Below are positions 8,753 through 17,200 of a DNA stretch of 64,000 nt, piece by piece (the stretch's first letter is position 1; each line of letters opens with the position of its first letter). The DNA is taken from NCBI GenBank assembly GCA_038245905.1, contig JBBRRY010000001.1, positions 32,001 to 96,000 of the forward strand, read 5' to 3'. The notes beneath the pieces were generated by a model that did not search any database, was not told the origin of the DNA, and worked only from the letters and a program-made list of their open reading frames with translations. A program made the translations under genes and the position numbers. This DNA comes from Thermoanaerobaculia bacterium. GTDB lineage: Bacteria; Acidobacteriota; Thermoanaerobaculia; UBA5066.

Positions 8753-9253
8753 ATGGCTGCAAAGAAGAAAACGAAGAAAGCCGCCTCGAAACCTGCCCCC
8801 CGCAAGACGAAGAAGGCTTCGGCCAGGCCTGCGAAAAAGCGCGCGCCCTCAGTGGTGGCCGGACTGTCTCTGGTCGACGTCTCGCCGGGAGTGACGGTGA
8901 ACGACATCGAGAAGAGCCTCGTCTGGTACCGCGACGTCGTCGGCTTCGCCGAAGGGGAGCGCTGGATGCGGGACGGAAAGCTCGCGGGCGCCGAGCTCAA
9001 GGCCGGCAAGTCCACGTTCATGATCGGTCAGGACGACTGGAAGAAGGGCCGCGACCGCGTCAAGGGCGTCGGCTTCCGCCTCTACTGCACGACGACGCAG
9101 GACATCGACGCCCTCGCGAAGAAGATCGAGAGCCGAGGCGGCAAGCTCGACCAGCAGCCGACGGACCAGCCCTGGGGCATGCGCGACATCGCCATGACCG
9201 ATCCGGACGGCTTCAAGATCACGATCGCGAGAGAGCTGAAGAAGAAGCGCTAG
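8753..9253 (+). CDS. VOC/glyoxalase family protein with Lys/Ala-rich N-terminal tail
   Basis: GGAGG RBS; VNDIEKSLVWYRDVVGF...PTDQPWGMRDIAMTDPDGFKI. Confidence 0.9.
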   Translation: MAAKKKTKKAASKPAPRKTKKASARPAKKRAPSVVAGLSLVDVSPGVTVNDIEKSLVWYRDVVGFAEGERWMRDGKLAGAELKAGKSTFMIGQDDWKKGRDRVKGVGFRLYCTTTQDIDALAKKIESRGGKLDQQPTDQPWGMRDIAMTDPDGFKITIARELKKKR

Positions 9254-9274
9254 CGCCCCGAGGTCGTTCGCGCC

Positions 9275-9757
9275 TCAGTTGACGTCGTAAGGGAGCCGCT
9301 CGAGGAAAGCCGTCGCGAGCGGGTCCCCAGGGTTGAGGCGCAGCGCCTCTTCGAACTCCCGCGTCGCTTCCGAGGTCTGTCCGCGATCGAAGTAGAGCCG
9401 GCCGAGGTTCAGGCAGGGGAAGTGGCGCGGTTCGTAGCGCTCCGATCCCTTGGCTTTCTGGAACCATTCGATGGACTCCTCCGGCCGACCCAGGTGGACG
9501 AGATACGACCCGATGTCGTTGTACGGGTTGCCGAATGTGGGATCGGTCGCGATCGCCTTGCGGCATTCGGCGATGGCGTCCTCGTACCGCTCGAGAAACG
9601 AGTACGCCCAGCCGCGAAAGGTGTAGCCCTCGGCCGTCGGCTCCGACTCCAGAGACTCCGTGAAGAATCGGATGGCTTCCTCGACGTCCCCGTCGTGGAG
9701 CGCCCGGGTCCCTTTCTCACAGAGCCCCATCGCGTGCGAGCGAGCGACGTCCGACAT
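9275..9757 (-). CDS. tetratricopeptide repeat protein
   Basis: About four TPR motifs (AEGYTFRGWAYS, GNPYNDIGSYL, LNLGRLYF, EEALRLNP). Confidence 0.88.
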   Translation of the reverse strand: MSDVARSHAMGLCEKGTRALHDGDVEEAIRFFTESLESEPTAEGYTFRGWAYSFLERYEDAIAECRKAIATDPTFGNPYNDIGSYLVHLGRPEESIEWFQKAKGSERYEPRHFPCLNLGRLYFDRGQTSEATREFEEALRLNPGDPLATAFLERLPYDVN

Positions 9758-9821
9758 GACCCGAGTCTAGTCTCCCACGGGCAGAGCCGGTCCGCCCGAG
9801 TCCGGTTAAGCTCTACCGGGT

Positions 9822-10865
9822 ATGGCCATGCAGAAGACGTCCCGGCGGATTCCGCCCGCCCTCCTCCTCGCGGCGCTCATCCTGACGACCGGTGTCGTGC
9901 GCGCCGGGAAACCCGCCACCTTCGCCGACGTCGCCCGGACGAAACCCGACGTCACGATCCTCGTGACGGACTCGGGTCTCGGCGGGCTTTCCGTCGCCGC
10001 AGATCTCGCGGCGCGGCTTCCGGCCAGCGGCATCGTCCGCTCGGCGCGAATCGTCTTCGTGAACGCCGAGCCCGACGCCGTATTCGGGTACAACGACATG
10101 AAGAACGACGCGGACAAGGTGCGGATCTTCGACGGTGCGCTCTCCGCGATGGACGTCCGCTGGAAGCCCGACCTCGTCCTGATCGCCTGCAACACCCTCT
10201 CCGTCGTTTTCCCTCGGACTGAGCACGCGAGAACGGGCAGCACGCAGACCGTCGAGATCGTCGGTCTCGGCGCCGGCCTCATCCGGAAGGAGCTGGCCGC
10301 GAAACCCGACGAAACAGCTCTCGTCTTCGCGACGAAGACGACGATCGAGTCCGGCGCGCACAAGAAGCTTCTCGTCGAGCAGGGCGTCGCCGCCGACCAC
10401 GTCGTCGGCGAGGCCTGCCCGAAGCTCGCGGGCGCGATCGAGCGAGGGGTCGCGAGCGACGAGACGATCGGGTACGTGAAGAAGTTCGTCGCCGAAGCGC
10501 TCGAGAAGAGGCCTGTCAAGGGCGGCCCGCTCGTCGTGAGCCTCAACTGCACGCACTTTGGCTACGTGAAGTCCCTCTGGGAGCAGGCCTTCGCGGGCGC
10601 GGGTTACCCCGGGGTGAAGGTCCTCGACCCGAACCCCCTCATGACGGATCTCGTTCTCCAGGAGGGCGGCGCAAGGCGCTATCCCGAGACGAAGATTTCC
10701 GTCGAAGTCGTCTCGAAGGTGCCGATCGACGAGGCGACGCGCGCGAACCTCGGCTCGCTCCTCCGCACGACGTCACCCGAGACGGCCGATGCCCTCGGGA
10801 AGTACGTCCACGACCCCGGGCTTTTCCCGGCGAAGGTCGATCCCGCGGCGATCGTCGCGCGCTGA
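9822..10865 (+). CDS. Asp/Glu racemase family protein with predicted signal peptide
   Basis: TDSGLGGLSV, IACNTLS, FATKTTIES, LNCTHFGY (both catalytic Cys present), DPN; N-terminal basic plus hydrophobic stretch ending VRA. Confidence 0.85.
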   Translation: MAMQKTSRRIPPALLLAALILTTGVVRAGKPATFADVARTKPDVTILVTDSGLGGLSVAADLAARLPASGIVRSARIVFVNAEPDAVFGYNDMKNDADKVRIFDGALSAMDVRWKPDLVLIACNTLSVVFPRTEHARTGSTQTVEIVGLGAGLIRKELAAKPDETALVFATKTTIESGAHKKLLVEQGVAADHVVGEACPKLAGAIERGVASDETIGYVKKFVAEALEKRPVKGGPLVVSLNCTHFGYVKSLWEQAFAGAGYPGVKVLDPNPLMTDLVLQEGGARRYPETKISVEVVSKVPIDEATRANLGSLLRTTSPETADALGKYVHDPGLFPAKVDPAAIVAR

Positions 10866-10882
10866 GGGCGCCCGCTCGGGAC

Positions 10883-11074
10883 CTAGTCGGACTCCCTCCG
10901 GCCCTCGAGATGGACGAGGTCGCCGCCCGGCGCTACGACGGCAATCACGATGGGCTGGCAGCAGACGCTGCAGTCCTCGACGTACTCCTGGCGCGCAACC
11001 GAGCAATCGACCTGAATCTCGATCTGCTCTCCGCAGTAGGGGCACTGCAGGAATGCGGCTTCCAGGTTGGTCAT
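10883..11074 (-). CDS. CPXCG-motif cysteine-rich (zinc-ribbon) protein
   Basis: CPYCGE..VDCS..QEYVEDCSVCCQPI. Confidence 0.88.
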   Translation of the reverse strand: MTNLEAAFLQCPYCGEQIEIQVDCSVARQEYVEDCSVCCQPIVIAVVAPGGDLVHLEGRRESD

Positions 11075-11225
11075 CCCTCGAGATTACTCTCGCGAACCGA
11101 AGCCGGCATTTATCAAGCTCCGGGCGAACGGCTTGCGAAGCATTTCTCTCGATGGCAGACGCTATGCTCCCGGCCGGGTTAGGCTGTGAAGGGACCGTGA
11201 CGAACGAAACGATGGGAGCGATGCC

Positions 11226-14200
11226 GTGAGGAGTTTCAGGGACGCGCGGTCGGAAACGGCGCCGTTTCTCGACGACAGCGTGGGCTGGAATGCTCCCGCG
11301 CTGCTCGGGGAGATCCTCAGTCTCGAAACCCTCGAAGAGCGCGCGACGGCCCTCGCGGCCCATCTCACGCTGGCGCGCGAGTCGAAAAGGAGCAGCCGCG
11401 CTCATCTCGACCGCCTCGAGAGGAATATGGAACGGTTGCGCAGCGCGTACCTCGCGCTCGCCGACGACGTCCATCGAGGCGAGCCGCTCGCGCCTGCGGG
11501 GGAGTGGCTGCTCGACAACTTCCATCTGCTCGAGTCCGAGTCCCGGGCCGTGCGCCACGACCTGCCCCCGCGCTACTACAAGAAGCTCCCGAAGCTCGCC
11601 TCGCGGGAGCACGCGGGGACGGCGCGACTGTATGCCATGGCGGTCGAGCTCATCCGCTCGGGAGACGGGCGCCTCGATCTCGAGCGCCTGACGCGATTCC
11701 TGAAGGCGTATCAGACCGTGGCGCCGCTCACGATCGGCGAGCTGTGGGCCTGGCCCAGCATCCTGAAGCTGGCGCTGCTCGAGAACCTCCGCCGCCTCTC
11801 GGACGGCCTTCTCGCGCGGCGGCGGGGGCGCCGCGCCGCCGACGAGATCCGCGCCCGCCTCGAGCGCGGCGACCGTGCCGTGCCGCTCCCGAAGGTCCTG
11901 GATCCGGCCTTCGTCGCCCAGCTCCTCTCGCACATGCGCGAGTTCGATCCGCGCCTTTCCGTGCAGCGCGCCGAGCTGACGACGCGCCTCACCGAAGATG
12001 GGACGACCGCGGAAGACGCCGTGAGGGCGGAGCATCAGCGGCTCGCGACCGAGCAGGCGTCCACGGCGAACTCGATTACGAGCCTCCGCCTCGTGGCGGC
12101 GATGGACTGGAGCCGGTACGTCGAGGGCGTGAGCCTCATCGAGCAGATTCTGCAGCGGGATCCCGCGGGTATTTACGGGCGCATGGATTTCGAGAGCCGG
12201 GACCTCTACCGCCACGCGGTCGAGGAGCTTGCCGACCCCACGGGCGAGGCTCAGGTCCGCGTGGCGCTCCGCGTCGTGGCGAGCGCCCGGCGGCCTCCGG
12301 AAAGCCCTGGCTGGAAAGAACGGGCCGCGCACGTCGGCTATCACCTCATCGGAGGGGGGCGGCCCGACCTCGAGACAGACGTGGCCTTCCGCCTGCCGCT
12401 CCTCGGCCGCGTCGGGCGCGCGCTTTTCGCGCGGGCCGACGGCGTGTACCTCTCGGCCATCGCCTTTCTCACGTTTCTTGGGGTCCTCGTCGCGGTGACG
12501 CCTCTATGGGCAGGCGGCGCTTCCATCCGGGCCCAGCTTGCCGCGGCACTCCTGGTCCTCCTGCCGGCGAGCGAGATCGCCATCGCGCTGATCCAGCGCA
12601 TCGCGACCGGGCTTGTGCCCCCGCGCCGCCTCCCGCGGCTGGATCTCTCCAGCGGCGTGCCCGAGAGCGCGCGGACGATGGTCGTCGTTCCGACGCTCTT
12701 CTCGAGCGTGGAGGGGGTGCGCGGCCTGATCGACCACCTCGAAGTTCAGGCTCTCGGCAACCTGGACGCGAACGTCCATTTCGCGCTCCTCGGCGACTTT
12801 CTCGACGCCGAGACCGAGACGCTGCCGGAGGATGCCGGAATCCTCGCGGCGGCGCGCGCCGGGATCGAGGAGCTGAACAACCGTCACGCGGCCGGCAGGA
12901 ACGACCGCTTCTTTCTCTTCCACCGGTCCCGCACGTGGAATGCGAAAGAGGGCCTCTACATGGGCTGGGAGCGCAAGCGGGGGAAGATCGAGGAGTTCAA
13001 CCGCCTGCTCCGTGGGGCCACGGGAACCCGCTACACGCAGATCGTCGGCGACGTGGCGATCCTTCCGTCCGTCCGCTACGTTCTGACGCTCGACTCCGAC
13101 ACGCGGCTCCCGCGCGGAACGGCCCGCTCGCTGATCGGGATCCTCGCGCACCCTCTCCAGCAGGCGCACGTGGACCCGAGGCTCCGGCGGGTCACCGAGG
13201 GATACGGAATCCTCCAGCCCCGCGTCTCGATCACGCAATCCGGCGCGGCGGACTCGCTGTTCGCGCGCGTCTATTCGGGGCACACCGGAGTCGATCCCTA
13301 TTCGCGGGCCGTGTCCGATACGTACCAGGACCTCTTCGGAGAGGGCATCTTCACGGGGAAAGGCCTGTACGACGTGGACGCGTTCGTCGCGTCTCTCGAG
13401 GGCCGCGTCCCGGAGAACGCGCTGCTCTCACACGACCTCTTCGAGGGCCTCTACGCGCGCACGGCCCTCGTGTCGGACGTCGAGGTCGTGGACGACTATC
13501 CGGCGAACGTCCTGGCCCACGCGCGGCGGCAGCATCGCTGGGTGCGGGGCGACTGGCAGATCCTCCTGTGGCTGTTCACGTTCGTCCCGGCGCGGCACGG
13601 CATCGTGCGAAACCGTCTTCCGTTGATCAGCCGCTGGAAGATCCTCGACAACCTCAGGCGCAGCCTCGTGGCGCCGGCCCTGCTCGCGCTCTTCTGCGCC
13701 GCCTGGACCGTCCTGCCCGGAGCGCCTCTTCTCTACACGCTCTTCGGGCTCACGGTCCTCGCGCTCCCTCTCGTCTTTGCGCTTATGGGAGGGTCGCTGG
13801 TCGAGCGCGGCCGCGGACCCGTGCGCGTTTACGTGCGTGGCGTGCTGACGGACCTCGCCATCGCCGCCGCGCAGTCCTTCCTGGCTCTCGTTCTCCTGGC
13901 CCAGCAGGCGTGGGACACGGTACACGCCGTCACGCTGACGCTCGTCCGGCTCCTCGTCACCCAGAGGCGCCTTCTCGAATGGGAGACCGCCGCGGCCCAG
14001 GCGGCGCGTGCGGCGGGCCTCCTCAGCGCCGGCGCTCGCTCGTTCCTCGCGGAGATGATCGCGAGCCCGCTCGTTGCGGTCGCGGTCGTCGCGATGACGC
14101 TCTCGGTGCGTCCCACAGCGCTCTGGCTTGCGGTTCCGTTCGCGGCCGCGTGGATTGCGGCGCCCTTTGTGGCGTTTTGGCTCAGCCGGCCGCTCCAGGC

Positions 14201-17200
14201 GACGAGCCGCCGGCTCTCCGAGGACGAACGGGCCTATCTCCTCGATATCGCGCGAGGGACGTGGACCTATTTCGAAAAACTCGACGGCGACGTAGACCAT
14301 GGCCTGCCGCCGGACAACTATCAAGAGGATCCGGGCCCGGCGGTCGCGCACCGGACGTCCCCGACGAACATCGGCATGGCCCTTCTGTCCACGCTTGCGG
14401 CGCACGATCTCGGGTTCCTCGCGACGGAGAAGCTGCTCGCGAGGCTCGAACGCACGATCGCGACGGTGGAAGGGCTCGAGCGCCACGAAGGACATCTGCT
14501 GAACTGGTACGACACGCAGACGCTCGCACCTCTCTTCCCGCGCTACGTGTCGACGGTCGACAGCGGCAACCTGGCCTGCGCGCTCGTCGCGCTGGCGCAG
14601 GGGCTCGTGGCGCTTTCGCGGTCGAAGAGCGAGCTGGAACCGAGGCTCGTCTCGCTCGCTGCCCGCGCGTTGGCTCTCGCGAACGGGATGCGTTTCGCCT
14701 TCCTGTACCGGGCCGACCGGCAGCTCTTCGCGATCGGGTACCGCCTGGCCGACGCGAACGGTCCGGGCGGGCTGGACGGCTCCTCCTACGACCTCCTCGC
14801 TTCGGAGGCGCGGCTCGCGAGCTTCTTCGCAATCGCCAAGGGCGACGTGCCGCAGAGCCATTGGTTCCACCTGGGCCGGCTCGTCGTGAGCGTGGAGGGG
14901 GTCCCGACGCTCGTGTCGTGGAGCGCCACGATGTTCGAGTATCTGAAACCTCTCCTCCTGACTCGCAGCTACCCCGGGACGCTGCTCCATGAATCCTGCC
15001 GCATGGTCGTGAAGCGCCAGCGTTCCTACGCGAAGTCGCGTGGCGTGGCCTGGGGAATCTCGGAGTCGGCGTACGCGATGGTCGACCGTCAAGGCACCTA
15101 CCAATACAAAGCCTTCGGCGTTCCGGGTCTCGGGCTCAAGAGAGGCCTCGGCGACGAGCTCGTCATCGCCCCGTATGCCTCGGCTCTCGCGGCGATCGTG
15201 GATCCCTCCGCCGCTGTCTCCAACCTGAGGCGGCTCGCCGACGAAGGCGCGCGCGGAGCCTGGGGCTTCTACGAGGCCGTCGATCACACGGATCGCCGCG
15301 TTTCCGCGGAAGAGCGCGACGCAGAGCCCGAGGGCCACGTCGTCAAGGCGCATTTCGCGCATCACCAGGGAATGACGCTGGTCGCCATCGCGAACGCTCT
15401 TCTGGAGGACGTGATGGTCGAGCGCTTCCACGCCGACCCCCGGGTGAAAGCCACCGAGCTGCTCCTCCAGGAGCGGGTACCGAGACAGGCCCCGATCATC
15501 GACCCGCACCCCGCGAAGGAATCCCACTCCGCGGCCCCTGTCATGGCCGTGCCGCCTCGTCGCCTCCGGTCGCCGCACACGCCCTATCCCCGCGCGCACA
15601 TTCTCGGCAACGGCGCCTACGTCTCGATCGTGACGAACGCGGGCGGAGGAGCGAGCCTCTACAAGGACCGCGCCGTCACACGGTGGCGCGAGGACCCGAC
15701 GGCGGATCCGGGCAGCCAGTTCCTCTATCTCAGGGACGTCCACTCGGGAGACGTATGGTCGGCGACGTACCAGCCGACGTGTCGCGAGGCGGACGAGTAC
15801 GTCGTCGATTTTCTGTCCGAGAAATCGGTCTTCCGGCGCCGGGACCACGAGATCGAGGCGCGTCTCGAGGTCGGCGTGTCACCCGAGGACGACGTCGAGG
15901 TCCGCAGGATCACGCTCCGGAATCGGAGCGAGCGGCCGCGTGAGATCGAGGTCACGAGCTACGCGGAGATCTCCCTCGGGACGATCGCGGAGGACATGGC
16001 GCATCCCGCATTCGGCAAGCTCTTCGTGGAGACGGCCTGGGCGGGGGAGAGTACGGCGCTGCTCGCGCACCGCCGCCCGCGCTCGCCGGGCGATCCGAAT
16101 CTCTGGGCGCTCCACGTCTTGAGTCTCGACCGCCGGATCCAGGCGCCGATCGAGTGGGAGACGGACAGGGCCCGCTTCCTGGGCCGCGGGCGTGGACCGG
16201 ACGATCCTCAGGCCCTCGACGGACGGGCCCTCTCGGGCACGACGGGCGCCGTCCTCGACCCGATCCTGAGCCTCCGGACACGCGTGCGCCTCGCTCCGGG
16301 AGGCAGCGTGCGCCTCTGTTTCGCGACGGGAGTGGCCGGCGACGAAGACCGCGCGCGGGCCCTCGCCCAGAAGTATCACGATACGGGCGCCGCCGCGCGC
16401 GCGTTCCACCTCGCGCACACCCACACGCAGATCGCGCGCGAGCACCTCGGGATCCAGGCGGACGCGGCCCAGCTCTTCGACCGCCTCGGGTCGCGCGTCT
16501 TCTTCTCCGATGCCTCCCTCCGCGAGTCGGGAGAGATCCTCGCGAAGAGTACGTTGGGCCAGAACGGCCTCTACGGCCACGGAATCTCGGGCGACCTCCC
16601 GATCGTGCTCGTCCGCATCGTCGAGTCCGACGACCTGCCCCTCGTCCTCCAGGTGCTGAAGGCGCAGGAGTACTGGCGCCTCGTCGGACTGAAGGCCGAC
16701 CTCGTCGTCCTGAACGAGCACCCCGTGAGCTACCTCGACGAGATGCACGAGCAGCTCACGACGCTCATCGACGGGGGATCGTGGTCGTCCTGGAAGGGCC
16801 GGTCCGGCGGCGTGTTCCTCCTGCGCGGCGACGGGATGCCCGATGCCGAACGCATCCTCCTCCTGACGGTCGCGCGCGCGGTCCTCTCCGGGGAGCGGGG
16901 CGAGCTCGCCGCCCAGCTCGATCGAAACACCCCGGAGCCTCCGCGCCCGCTCAAGGCGCCTCTCGTCGACGAGGGCGGCGGAAACGAGCCGGAACCGCCC
17001 GTGCCGCCGCTCGTCATGGGCAACGGGCTCGGGGGATTCTCGCCGGACGGCAAGGAGTACGTCGTCGTGCTCTCGGGCAGCGCCGAGACGCCGCTTCCAT
17101 GGGTGAACGTCATCGCGAACCCGCGCTTCGGCACGATCGTGACGACGTCGGGCGCTTCGACGACGTGGTCGGAAAACAGCCGCGAGAACCGGCTCACGCC

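Noticed and set aside
14930-14955. MFEYLKP in the glucan synthase where I recall MFEYLMP in homologues
   Set aside because: A single substitution next to an intact Glu; not enough to claim inactivation without an alignment.
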